In this document: positions 1-9,025 of the stretch, piece after piece
Layout of the letters: every line of letters starts with the position of its first letter
How positions within the stretch are numbered: the first letter of the stretch is position 1
Assembly: GCA_963704755.1 (NCBI GenBank)
Contig: OY969938.1
Coordinates: 4,800,001-4,832,000, forward strand
From: an uncultured Chloroflexia bacterium
GTDB taxonomy: Bacteria; Chloroflexota; Anaerolineae; Anaerolineales; Anaerolineaceae
Direction of reading: 5' to 3'
DNA length: 32,000 nt
The notes under the pieces: generated by a model
Told to the model about the DNA's origin: nothing
Seen by the model: the letters and a program-made list of their open reading frames with translations, nothing else
The model's database searches: none
Program-made: the position numbers and the translations under genes

Positions 1-1
1 C

Positions 2-316
2 TTAACGGTAGCCCAGATCGCCGGGATCCAGGCGGCTAAGCGCACGTCCGACCTGATTCCCTTGTGCCATCCCATTCCACTGAATCAGATCACCGTCGAG
101 TTGGAATTGGACGATGCCATGCCTGGGGTAGTGATCACTGCCACACTCAAGACGAACGCCAAGACCGGCGTCGAGATGGAAGCGATGACGGCCGTTTCGG
201 TGGCCGCCCTGACGGTGTATGACATGATCAAAGCCGTGGAGCGGACTGCCCATATCGAAAATGTGCGCCTGCTGGAAAAACACGGCGGTCGCAGCGGTGA
301 CGTATATAACGTTTAA
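2..316 (+). CDS. moaC: cyclic pyranopterin monophosphate synthase MoaC, C-terminal part (5' end lies outside the window)
   Basis: The frame is open from the window edge. The translation ...[21 protein letters not shown]...[24 protein letters not shown] matches the conserved MoaC core. The TAA at 314-316 overlaps the next ATG (TAATG). Confidence 0.9.
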   Translation, partial: LTVAQIAGIQAAKRTSDLIPLCHPIPLNQITVELELDDAMPGVVITATLKTNAKTGVEMEAMTAVSVAALTVYDMIKAVERTAHIENVRLLEKHGGRSGDVYNV

Positions 317-1029
317 TGGCCGGTGAAATGCACATTAAAGTCTTACTCTTTGCCGATTTAAAAGAGGCTGTAGGGGCCGGGCAGCTTTCGTTGGATTTCG
401 ACCGGGCGATATCGGTCAGCGAGCTTAAACACAACCTGGTGAGCACTTATCCCGACCTGGAAGGCCGCCTGGAGACCGTGTTGGTCTCGATCAACCAGGA
501 ATATTCGGCCGGTGATGATCCCATCCCGGACGGGGCTGAAGTGGCTCTGTTCCCGCCGGTCAGTGGAGGCGCGGAAGGCCCGACCATCTATAAAATCACC
601 AACGATGCCCTCGACCTGGACGACCTGGTGGACCAAATCACCCTGACCAGCAGCGGGGCCGCCTGCATTTTCAGCGGCATGGTGCGCGGCGAGACTACCC
701 GCAAGGACCCCCACCAGACCGTTGCCCTGGATTACGAAGCCTACGTGCCCATGGCCGAGGCCAAAATGCGCCAGGTAGCGGAGGAAATCCGCGAAAGGTG
801 GCCGGCGGTCCAGGGGATCGCCATCGTTCAGCGGATCGGTCATTTGCTGCCGCGCACACCGACCGTGCTGATTGCCTGTACCGCGGCCCACCGGGACACC
901 GGTGTTTTTGAGGCCGCCCGTTATGGCATCGACCGGCTGAAAGAGATCGTGCCGATTTGGAAAAAGGAGATCGGCCCCAACGGTGAGGAGTGGGTCGAGG
1001 GAGGATATACCCCTCACAAGGGAGAGTGA
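316..1029 (+). CDS. molybdopterin synthase MoaD-MoaE fusion protein (sulfur-carrier domain ending in GG, fused to the catalytic subunit)
   Basis: The N-terminal ~85 aa read MHIKVLLFADLKE...EVALFPPVSGG, a MoaD/ThiS beta-grasp with a C-terminal Gly-Gly. The rest (IFSGMVRG...YEAY..MA...IAIVQRIGHL...IACTAAHR..F...IDRLKEIVPIWKKE) is MoaE-like. ATG at 328 (MHIKV) is an alternative start. Confidence 0.85.
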   Translation: MAGEMHIKVLLFADLKEAVGAGQLSLDFDRAISVSELKHNLVSTYPDLEGRLETVLVSINQEYSAGDDPIPDGAEVALFPPVSGGAEGPTIYKITNDALDLDDLVDQITLTSSGAACIFSGMVRGETTRKDPHQTVALDYEAYVPMAEAKMRQVAEEIRERWPAVQGIAIVQRIGHLLPRTPTVLIACTAAHRDTGVFEAARYGIDRLKEIVPIWKKEIGPNGEEWVEGGYTPHKGE

Positions 1030-1032
1030 TTT

Positions 1033-2142
1033 TTGGCCGGGGTGCGTTGCTGCCACTGCTTGAAAGCTTACCCGCAGGAGGGTATACCTTTCTGCTGCCC
1101 TGAATGCGGGGGAATCTATGATTACGACGGGCCGCCGGATTTTTTGGTCGAGAGGATCGAAGCCGGTTTGCCGGGTTTGTGGCGTTACCGGCACAGCTTT
1201 GGGCTGGATCCCACCGCGCCGGTGGTCAGCCTGGGCGAAGGAAATACACCCCTGGTTTGGCAGCCGCATGGTACCACGCAGGTGGGCCTCAAACTGGAAT
1301 CGTTGAACCCGACCGGCTCGTATAAAGACCGCGGCAGCGCCGTGCTGGCCAGTTTTTTACTCAGCCGGGGTGTAAGCGAGGCGGTCGAAGATTTATCCGG
1401 GAACGCGGGGGCCTCATTTGCTGCTTATGCCGCCCGTTCAGGTATTCACGGGCGGGTATTCGTCCCGGAGGAAGCTTCGGGTCCTAAACGGATCCAGATC
1501 GAGATGTATGGGGCCGAGTTGGTGCGGGTAGCGGGACCACGTTCGGAAGCGGCTCGGGCGGTACTCGAACAGGCCCAGAACGGCCTGCCTTATGCCAGCC
1601 ATGCTTACCTGCCTTATGGACTGGCCGGTATTGCCACCATTGCTTACGAGATCTGGGAAGACCTGGGACGGGCTGCACCGGGCAGCGTGGTAGCGCCGGT
1701 GGGTCACGGCAGCCTGTTGTTGGGCATCGTGCGCGGATTTGCCGCGCTCAAAAAGGCCGGGCTGATTGCAGAAACACCGTTCTACCTGGGCGTCCAGGCG
1801 GCAGCCTGTGACCCGGTCACGCGCGGTTTCCATTCCGGCCTGGAAGCGATGGCCTCCGCCGGTGAAGAACCCACCCTGGCGGAGGGGGTGCGCGTACGCA
1901 ACCCGGTCCGGGCCGAAGCCTTGATTCGCGAAGTCCAGGCCGGGCAAGGAGATATCATTTCTATCCCCGAGGCGAAAATCCGGCCGGCTTTCGAAGATCT
2001 GGCACGCCAGGGACAATACGTCGAGCCTACTTCTGCAATCGCCTGGGCCGCGCTGGATTTATTTGGGGAAAGATTGCCCCAACCCTGTGTTGTCGTTTTG
2101 TCCGGTTTTGGGTTAAAATATATTCCATCTAGCCAGGATTGA
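1033..2142 (+). CDS. thrC: threonine synthase-like PLP enzyme with an N-terminal Cys4 zinc ribbon
   Basis: CCHC...CCPECG ribbon, then the PLP-lysine motif SLNPTGSYKDRGS and DLSGNAGAS. The TTG start at 1033 is preceded by AAGGGAGAG and lies 3 nt after the moaDE stop. Confidence 0.75.
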   Translation: MAGVRCCHCLKAYPQEGIPFCCPECGGIYDYDGPPDFLVERIEAGLPGLWRYRHSFGLDPTAPVVSLGEGNTPLVWQPHGTTQVGLKLESLNPTGSYKDRGSAVLASFLLSRGVSEAVEDLSGNAGASFAAYAARSGIHGRVFVPEEASGPKRIQIEMYGAELVRVAGPRSEAARAVLEQAQNGLPYASHAYLPYGLAGIATIAYEIWEDLGRAAPGSVVAPVGHGSLLLGIVRGFAALKKAGLIAETPFYLGVQAAACDPVTRGFHSGLEAMASAGEEPTLAEGVRVRNPVRAEALIREVQAGQGDIISIPEAKIRPAFEDLARQGQYVEPTSAIAWAALDLFGERLPQPCVVVLSGFGLKYIPSSQD

Positions 2143-2212
2143 TTTGAACTAGAGGAACGCTAGCTACCTGATCCACTTGCGGCAATCGTTTTATGTAAAT
2201 GGTTGAGGTGGC

Positions 2213-2983
2213 TTGCGCCCCTTGAGTTCCAGGAGGACTCGATGGACCAACATGCTCCGAATTCAGGCGTCCGAATCGCCTGAGCACCTCGCTGAGCGTT
2301 TAGAGCTAGGCATATCTGATTTGCTTTTGCTCAGCCGTTCTTTAACTCACCGGTCATATCTCAACGAACATCCGGAAGCGCTGGAAGACAACGAAAGGTT
2401 GGAATTCCTGGGGGATGCCATCCTCGATTTCGTCGTCGGCGCCTGGTTGTATCACCGGTACCCGGAAATGCCGGAAGGGGATTTGACCCGAATGCGTTCG
2501 GCGCTGGTACATACCGAACAACTGGCAAATTTTGCCCGGATGATTTAGCTTGGGGGTGCCATGCGCCTGGGAAGAGGTGAATTGCAGGCGGGCGGCCGGG
2601 AACGTTCGGCTTTATTATGCGATACCTTCGAGGCGGTAATTGGCGCGCTCTATCTGGATGGCGGTATCGAAGCGGTCGATCGTTTCCTGTTTTCCTTCCT
2701 GGAAGTCGCTTCGGAAGATATTATCGTCCACCGCAAAAATGAGGACCCCAAGAGCCTGCTGCAGGAATGGGCGCAGTCTCAGGGGCATACCGCTCCGCAG
2801 TATGTCACCAAAAATTCATACGGCCCGGACCATTCCAAGGTCTTCGAAGTGGATGTGCTTATCGCCGGTGTGTATCAGGCCAGCGGCAGTGGACCGAGCA
2901 AACAGGCGGCCGCGAAAGATGCCGCTCGCAAGGCGCTGCGCAAACTTGGCTTGATTGAAGATTTGTCCGGAAAAAATCAATAA
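2213..2983 (+). pseudogene. rnc: ribonuclease III, one reading frame interrupted by an in-frame TAG at 2546-2548
   Basis: ORFs 2213-2548 and 2561-2983 are in the same frame. The N-half has the RNase III signature ERLEFLGDAILD. The C-half has GELQAGG...CDTFEAVIGALYLD plus a dsRBD (KSLLQEWAQ...GPSKQAAAKDAARKAL). The likely true start is ATG 2252. Confidence 0.85.
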
Positions 2984-3129
2984 ATGAGTCCATCGGGGAT
3001 GCACCTTGAAACGCTGAGGGTGATTATTGGTTGGCTAAGCTGCTCTGCCGCTTTTCCCGCCGGTAATGGTTCTCTTTTATGAAGCATCTCTTTCTGGATT
3101 TGTAAATTTTTACCACCACAGGACCTTAG

Positions 3130-6100
3130 ATGATTTCTCGTTTAAAGTCGATGGAACTGCATGGCTACAAGACCTTTGCGAGCCGGACGTTATTCGAATT
3201 CTCGGGCAAGATCACGGCGATTGTCGGCCCCAACGGTTCGGGAAAATCGAATATAGCCAATTCGATCCGCTGGGTCCTGGGGGAACAATCTTATTCCCTG
3301 CTGCGCGGTCGCAGGACGGATGATATGATCTTTGCCGGATCGGATCAGCGTCCCAGGGCGTCGATGGCTTCCGCGATGATCGTCTTCGATAACGAAGATG
3401 GCTGGCTGCCGATCGATTACACCGAAGTTTCCATTGCCCGGCGCGCATACCGGGACGGCCAGAATGAGTACGTGCTCAACGGCCAAAAGGTCCGCCTGAA
3501 GGAAATTTCAGAATTGCTGGCCCAATCCGGATTGGCTGAACGGACCTACACGATCATCGGCCAAGGGCTGGTCGATGCAGCCCTCTCGTTGAAACCGGAA
3601 GAGCGGCGCAAATTCTTCGAGGAAGCGGCCGGGATCGGGCTGTACCGTTCGCGGCGGGAAGAGTCACTCAACCGCCTGGAAAATACCCGCCGCAATTTGG
3701 AGCGGGTCCAGGATATTTTAAGTGAGCTGGAACCCCGTTTAAAGAGCCTGGAAAAGCAGGCTGCCAAAGCGATCGAGTACGACCGCATCAAGGCCGACCT
3801 GCGCATCCTGCTGCGCGAATGGTATGGCTATCACTGGCATCGCAGCCAGAACGACGTGGCCCATGCCCAGGATGTGCTGCACAGCCAGGAAGAGCGCTTG
3901 AACCAATCCCGGCTGCGGCTGGAAGAAGTGGATGCCAAGGTCCAGGCCATGCGCGACAACCTGCAAGCCCTGCGCCAGGAATTGAACGATTGGCACAACC
4001 AGTCCGCACTCCTCCACAACCAGCGCGAACAGATCAGCCGTTCGCTGGCCGTCCTGGATGAGCGCCAGCGGGCTTTGTCCGACCAGCAGGTCACTTTTAG
4101 ATCCGATTTTTCACGCCTGGAGGATGAAGAGGCGGCCCAGAAGGAACGCCTGGCCGATGCTCAGGAAGAGCAGAAACGGCTGCAAGATGCGGTCGATGAA
4201 GCCAATTTGCAGGTGGAAGCCGCCGAAAAGGCTTTGGAAGAACGGCGAGCGGCCCGTGAAAAACAGGTCAGTTTTTTGCGTTCCCTGCGAAGCCAGTCGA
4301 ACCGCAGCGAGAACCGCCAGGTGGAATTGAAAGCCCATCAAAAAGAACTGAATGGGCGCAAAGATAATCTGACCCGGGATATATCCAGACTGGAACAGGG
4401 ACTGGAAGCCGTCCAGCTTGGCGTACAAAACGCGGAAAACCAGCATAAGGCAATCCAGGCTGAACAAGGCCAGGTCGAAGACGGCCGGCGCAAGCTGGAG
4501 GAAGAGCTTCAGACGATCCTGGCCGAGACCAGCCGCCTGGATGAAGAACGCCGGCGAACTCAGAACCAGATTGCGACCAATACGGGTGAACAATCGCGGG
4601 CGAAGGCTCAGTTAGAGGTGCTCGAACAGGCCGAAAAAAGCCTGAACGGCCTGAACCAGGGGGCCAAATCGGTTCTACAGGCAGCCCGGGAGGGTAAACT
4701 TTCCGGTACCTACCGTGCAATCAGCAGTTTGTTGGACGTGCCGGCGGACTACGAAATAGCAGTCGCGGCGGCCCTGGGGGAATATTTGGACGGCGTTACC
4801 CTGGATGCGGGAACCGACCCGTTGCATGCCCTGACCCACCTGGAAAAATCCGATCATGGCCGGGCCATTCTGTTTCCCCTGGATGGCTTGAAGATCTCGG
4901 CCAATTCAAAGCCGGTCGTCTCGCCTGAATGTATTGGCATTGCTGCCGACCTGATCCGGGCGGATGCGAGCATCCAACCGGTGATTGGCCTTTTACTGGC
5001 CCAGGTCCTGTTGGTGGCCGATCGCGCCACCGCCCGTAAAGTTGCGGCGGAACAGCCCGGTTCGGTAAAAGTGGTCACTTTGAAAGGCGAAGTATTCTAC
5101 GGCTCGGGTGTGATTGCCGCCGGGCAAGAATCGCGCTCCAGCGTGATCTCCCGCCCGCGCCAGATCCGCGAACTACGCACATCCCTGGAGGGTTTACTGG
5201 CTGCGGCTAAAGATCTGAAGGCAGCCGAAAGCCAGATCGTCCAAAGGCTGGAAAGCTTGCAGACCGAGCGCCGGGGCAAAGAAAAGCAGTTGCGCGAGGC
5301 GACCCAAAAGATCGACCAAATTGACCGCAAAGTCCGAGAAACTTCGTTGCAGGCTCAGCAAGCCCGCCAGAAACTATCCTGGCAGCAGGACCAGATCAAG
5401 ACCCTGGGAACCCAGATCGAACAGGTCAAAAAGGAACTGGCCGGTCTGGCCACGGACCTACGCAAAGCCGAGGACGAGCAAGAATCGTTGGAACTGCAGA
5501 TCGATGAACAGCAGCAGGCCCTGGATTTGCTGCCGCTAGAGCGGCACCAGGCCCAGGTCACCCACTGGACGACCCAGGCTGCCCTGGCTGAACGCGGATT
5601 CGCGGATTCACAGAAGCGGATTGGCGAGTATGAACAGGCGGTCAAAAACAACCAGGTCCAACAGAATACCTTACGCCAACGCTTGGCCCAGATCGAGACG
5701 AACCTTAAGCAGATCGATGCGGAAAAGCTGACGAACCGCGGCCAGGAAAGTGAATTGAACGACCGGATGGAAGCGCTGCGCCAGCAAATCGAACCCGGCG
5801 AAGCCAGGCTGGAGAAATTAGAAGCCCAATACGAAACCTTATTGGCCGACCAGACGGCCGTGCAGCAAAACGCCAATGTGGCCGAACGCTACGTTACCCA
5901 ATCGCAACTCGAATTAAGCCGCTTAAACGATGGTATGGATTCATTGCGCCGGCGGATCGAGGAAGATTTCGGGCTGGTCGCGTTTGAATACCGCGGGGAT
6001 ATTTCCGGGCCAACTCCGCTGCCCTTGGATGGCATGGTGGAAGAACTCCCGGCCGTGATCGAAATACCGCCTGAGTTGGAGGATACGATCAACCGCCAGC

Positions 6101-6735
6101 GCAGCCAGCTTCGCCGCATCGGGGCGATCAACCCGGATGCGCAGAGCGAATACCTTTCGGTCAAGGAACGGTACGAATTTATGAGCAGCCAGGTGACCGA
6201 TCTGCACAAGGCCGATGAAGACCTGCGCCAGGTGATTGCCGAACTCGACGAGTTGATGAAACGTGAGTTCCGCAAAACATTCGATGCGGTGGCAGCTGAA
6301 TTCAAGGTCATGTTTACACGCTTGTTTGGCGGTGGAGCTGCCCGGCTGGTGTTGAGCGACGAGGATAACCCGACCGAGGCGGGCATCGATATCGAAGCAC
6401 GCCTCCCAGGGCGACGGGAACAGGGTTTATCGCTGCTTTCGGGTGGCGAACGCTGCCTGACGGCCTCAGCGCTGGTCTTTTCGTTGTTGAAAATATCGCC
6501 GACCCCGTTCTGCGTGCTGGACGAAGTTGACGCCATGCTGGACGAAGCCAACGTAGGCCGGTTTTGCGACCTGCTGAGCGAACTATCAGAGAACACCCAA
6601 TTTATCGTGATCACCCACAACCGGAATACCGTTCAGGTGGCCGATGTGATTTATGGGGTAACGATGGGGAAAGACACCGCCAGCCAGGTAATCTCCCTGC
6701 GTCTGGATGAAATCAGCGACGACATGGTTAAGTAG
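3130..6735 (+). CDS. smc: chromosome segregation protein SMC
   Basis: 1201 aa with Walker A GPNGSGKSN, very long heptad-rich coiled coils flanking a hinge, the signature LSGGE, and Walker B FCVLDEVDAMLDEANV. It sits directly downstream of rnc, as in the classical rnc-smc arrangement. Confidence 0.95.
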   Translation: MISRLKSMELHGYKTFASRTLFEFSGKITAIVGPNGSGKSNIANSIRWVLGEQSYSLLRGRRTDDMIFAGSDQRPRASMASAMIVFDNEDGWLPIDYTEVSIARRAYRDGQNEYVLNGQKVRLKEISELLAQSGLAERTYTIIGQGLVDAALSLKPEERRKFFEEAAGIGLYRSRREESLNRLENTRRNLERVQDILSELEPRLKSLEKQAAKAIEYDRIKADLRILLREWYGYHWHRSQNDVAHAQDVLHSQEERLNQSRLRLEEVDAKVQAMRDNLQALRQELNDWHNQSALLHNQREQISRSLAVLDERQRALSDQQVTFRSDFSRLEDEEAAQKERLADAQEEQKRLQDAVDEANLQVEAAEKALEERRAAREKQVSFLRSLRSQSNRSENRQVELKAHQKELNGRKDNLTRDISRLEQGLEAVQLGVQNAENQHKAIQAEQGQVEDGRRKLEEELQTILAETSRLDEERRRTQNQIATNTGEQSRAKAQLEVLEQAEKSLNGLNQGAKSVLQAAREGKLSGTYRAISSLLDVPADYEIAVAAALGEYLDGVTLDAGTDPLHALTHLEKSDHGRAILFPLDGLKISANSKPVVSPECIGIAADLIRADASIQPVIGLLLAQVLLVADRATARKVAAEQPGSVKVVTLKGEVFYGSGVIAAGQESRSSVISRPRQIRELRTSLEGLLAAAKDLKAAESQIVQRLESLQTERRGKEKQLREATQKIDQIDRKVRETSLQAQQARQKLSWQQDQIKTLGTQIEQVKKELAGLATDLRKAEDEQESLELQIDEQQQALDLLPLERHQAQVTHWTTQAALAERGFADSQKRIGEYEQAVKNNQVQQNTLRQRLAQIETNLKQIDAEKLTNRGQESELNDRMEALRQQIEPGEARLEKLEAQYETLLADQTAVQQNANVAERYVTQSQLELSRLNDGMDSLRRRIEEDFGLVAFEYRGDISGPTPLPLDGMVEELPAVIEIPPELEDTINRQRSQLRRIGAINPDAQSEYLSVKERYEFMSSQVTDLHKADEDLRQVIAELDELMKREFRKTFDAVAAEFKVMFTRLFGGGAARLVLSDEDNPTEAGIDIEARLPGRREQGLSLLSGGERCLTASALVFSLLKISPTPFCVLDEVDAMLDEANVGRFCDLLSELSENTQFIVITHNRNTVQVADVIYGVTMGKDTASQVISLRLDEISDDMVK

Positions 6736-6737
6736 AT

Positions 6738-6778
6738 CCGAGATATTTTCTGCCGCGAAGCGGCAGAAAATATCTCGG
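6738..6778. other. perfect 19-bp stem / 3-nt loop hairpin starting 3 nt after the smc stop; no U-tract
   Basis: CCGAGATATTTTCTGCCGC-GAA-GCGGCAGAAAATATCTCGG, read directly from the sequence. Confidence 0.6.
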
Positions 6779-6794
6779 AAAAATACAGAATCAA

Positions 6795-6826
6795 AAAGGC
6801 GCCCGGTTAAATTACCGGGCGCCTTT
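6795..6826. terminator. bidirectional intrinsic terminator between the convergent smc and PPIase genes
   Basis: AAAGGCGCCCGGT-TAAATT-ACCGGGCGCCTTT: a 13-bp GC-rich stem with A/T runs on both sides. Confidence 0.6.
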
Positions 6827-6853
6827 CGTCATGGCCAAAATTATCCGTCGAGC

Positions 6854-8189
6854 TTAGAGCCCTTCCGGGATCGCCGGGATGGTCGGCACTTTGCTTTGCC
6901 AGTTATCGTGCTGGGTGATGGTCATGGATGCTTTGGCGTCATTCAGCCAGGTAGTGAAATTATCATTTTCAACCGAGGTAATCCGGTCGGAGGTGATAGG
7001 GCGTTCTTCACGGCCCAGGAGTTGAATGATGTGGTAGCCGTACTGGGATTTAACCGGGTCGCTGATATCCCCAATGTTCTTCAACGCAAAGGCGGCATCT
7101 TCGAATTCGGCAACCATCTGGCCGCGAGTAAACCAGCCCAGGTCACCACCTTTGTCCTTGGTGGACGTGTCAATGGAGTATTCGGCAGCCAATTGGGTGA
7201 AATCGCCCCCGGCTTTTTAATTTTGCCTCGACGGTGTTGGCATCGTCCTGGCTGGAGACCAGAATGTGGCGCGCCCAAATGTATTCATCCGTCGTCGGCG
7301 GGGTTTTGTTAACTTCTTCGTTAACCTTTTTGTAGAGGAGGCTGGCGCGGAAAATCGCCCGCATATCAGTATCCGTGAGCTGTGCATCGGTAGTCAGTGA
7401 GCTGACGTAATTCTGGTAATCCGATTGGAAGCCGGCCAGGGTATAAGGCGTGGCCGTCGGTCCCGGTGTGCCCGTTTCGGTGGGAGCGGCGTTCGGATCG
7501 ATCGTCGGCGTTGCGGTCGGCGGTACTTCAGTCGGAGCCAGTGTACCGGTCGGGGTCGGAGTGATAGTCGGCGTCTGGGTAATGGTGGGAGTGGCGGTGT
7601 AAGGCTCCAGGGTCAACTGCTGCGGAGAGTACGTGGCCGTCGAGAAAGGTGTAACACCCACGGTTGGGGATGCCGTCGGGGTTCCATTGGCGTAGTAACC
7701 AAAGGCTTCCTGAATGGCTTTATCCACATCGACGTCGCTGACGGTGATGCCCATCTCTTTGGCTTTCTGTGCAATCACGGCGTCGTTGATCAATTCTTCA
7801 ATAGCCTGGTTACCCATGGTGGTGGTGCTGTTTAGATCCGTCAGGTTTTGTTGAATCTGGCTGTCGAAATAGCCTGCACCGGTGCTTGGGTCAGAGCCAA
7901 ACATTTGATTATATTGTTCTAGCTGAACTGTATTTTGAATTTTTTGGTAACGGTCGTATCGAACCCTGGTTTCAAAATCCTGCAGGGTGATTTTCGTCCC
8001 GTTGACGACTGCTACGGGCTGCCTGGGTTGTATTACATAAACATTCAGCACGCCATACCCGATGATCAATGCGACCACGGCAATCACGGCAATAGTGCTG
8101 AACAGTACGATTTTCCTTTGGCGATTTTCTTTTTCGACCCAATTCTGTTGCTTTCGGGTGGTGCTTTTTGATCGGCGACCTTTGGCCAT
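6854..8189 (-). pseudogene. membrane-anchored PrsA/SurA-like peptidyl-prolyl isomerase (parvulin), reading frame broken by one extra A in an A5 run (7214-7218)
   Basis: ORF 7170-8189 gives an N-terminal TM anchor, a chaperone-like domain, a Thr/Pro-rich linker and the start of a parvulin domain (WARHILV). ORF 6854-7192 continues the parvulin domain (AAEYSID..GGDLGWF..EFEDAAF..YGYHIIQ) in another frame. Deleting one A restores ...[18 protein letters not shown]... Confidence 0.85.
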
Positions 8190-8204
8190 TGAATAACCTC
8201 TTCT

Positions 8205-8252
8205 TCAAAAAAATGGGGCAGGCAAATATATTTTTATATTTGCCTGAGCCCC
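8205..8252 (-). terminator. intrinsic terminator downstream of rpsR
   Basis: On the minus strand: GGGGCTCAGGCAAATATA-loop-TATATTTGCCTGCCCC followed by a T7 run. Confidence 0.7.
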
Positions 8253-8274
8253 AATTACAGTCTATCCACTTGAT

Positions 8275-8559
8275 TTAGCGGATAACGTCGTTCCAGCTTT
8301 CGCCCACATACGGCAGTAATGCCAGATGGCGAGCACGTTTAATTTCCTGAGCCAACACCCGTTGATGGCGGGCGCAAGTGCCGGTTTGGCGGCGTGGGCG
8401 GATTTTGCCATCTTCAGTGATATAGCGGCGCAGTAAATCGATTTGTTTGTAATCGATCACAACATTCTTGTCAGCGCAGAACTGGCAGATTTTCGGCCGG
8501 GCCACGAAACGGCGCGGACCTGAGGGTGCCGAGTTCTCGTTGGGGTTATTTTCGCTCAT
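8275..8559 (-). CDS. rpsR: 30S ribosomal protein S18
   Basis: [46 protein letters not shown] is the canonical S18 core. GGAG lies upstream of the ATG. Confidence 0.95.
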   Translation of the reverse strand: MSENNPNENSAPSGPRRFVARPKICQFCADKNVVIDYKQIDLLRRYITEDGKIRPRRQTGTCARHQRVLAQEIKRARHLALLPYVGESWNDVIR

Positions 8560-8571
8560 TCCAACTTACTC

Positions 8572-8976
8572 CTAGAATGGATATTCATCTTCGATTTCGT
8601 CTTCTTCGACGGAATCGACGTTTTGATTCTGGCTGGCTTCGCGGCGATCTCCAAGAATCATCATCTCACTGGCTACAACTTCGACGGTGTTGTGTTTGGC
8701 ACCTTCGGAATCTTCCCAGTGGCGGGTCTGTAAGCGTCCTTCGATATAGACCTGCTGGCCTTTGGTCAGGTATTGTTTGCAAATCTCGGCAAGGTTACCC
8801 CAGGTTACGACGTTGAACCACTCAGTTTCGGTGTGGCGCTCGCCGTCGGATGTGTTCCATGTGCGGCTGGTTGCTACACTGAAAGTTGTCACCGGGCGAC
8901 CCGAAGGCGTGTACCGCATTTCGGGATCACGTCCCACGTGGCCGATAATCATCACTTTGTTGAGGCCCCTACTCAT
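8572..8976 (-). CDS. ssb: single-stranded DNA-binding protein
   Basis: LNKVMIIGHVGRDPEMRYTPSG..V..FSVAT...W....GE....TEWFNVV.WG.LAE (OB fold) plus an acidic tail ending in DEYPF. Confidence 0.95.
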   Translation of the reverse strand: MSRGLNKVMIIGHVGRDPEMRYTPSGRPVTTFSVATSRTWNTSDGERHTETEWFNVVTWGNLAEICKQYLTKGQQVYIEGRLQTRHWEDSEGAKHNTVEVVASEMMILGDRREASQNQNVDSVEEDEIEDEYPF

Positions 8977-9025
8977 GATTCACTCCTTGTATAACGACGA
9001 TTTTCAGACCAGAACCAGAATTAAA

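Noticed and set aside
358-1269. A 303-aa minus-strand ORF opposite moaDE and the thrC-like gene. Similar antisense ORFs occur inside smc (for example 5889-6620 and 5355-5876).
   Set aside because: These are antisense shadows of well-supported genes. They have no motifs and biased composition.
2546-2548. Amber codon reassignment or pyrrolysine decoding as the explanation for the TAG inside rnc
   Set aside because: TAG is used as the ordinary stop of at least six well-supported genes in this window (smc, ssb, recJ, the DnaQ-like exonuclease, the lipoprotein and ppgK). No pyl genes are seen. A genome-wide recoding is therefore unlikely.
3130-6735. The SMC-family ATPase as a Wadjet/Lamassu-type defence component
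   Set aside because: It has the full-length canonical SMC architecture (1201 aa, hinge, signature and Walker motifs). It sits in the classical position downstream of rnc and has no JetA/B/D- or LmuA-like partners.
6707-7312. A 201-aa plus-strand ORF spanning the smc/PPIase intergenic region
   Set aside because: It runs through two terminator hairpins and lies antisense to the parvulin domain. It has no RBS or motif.
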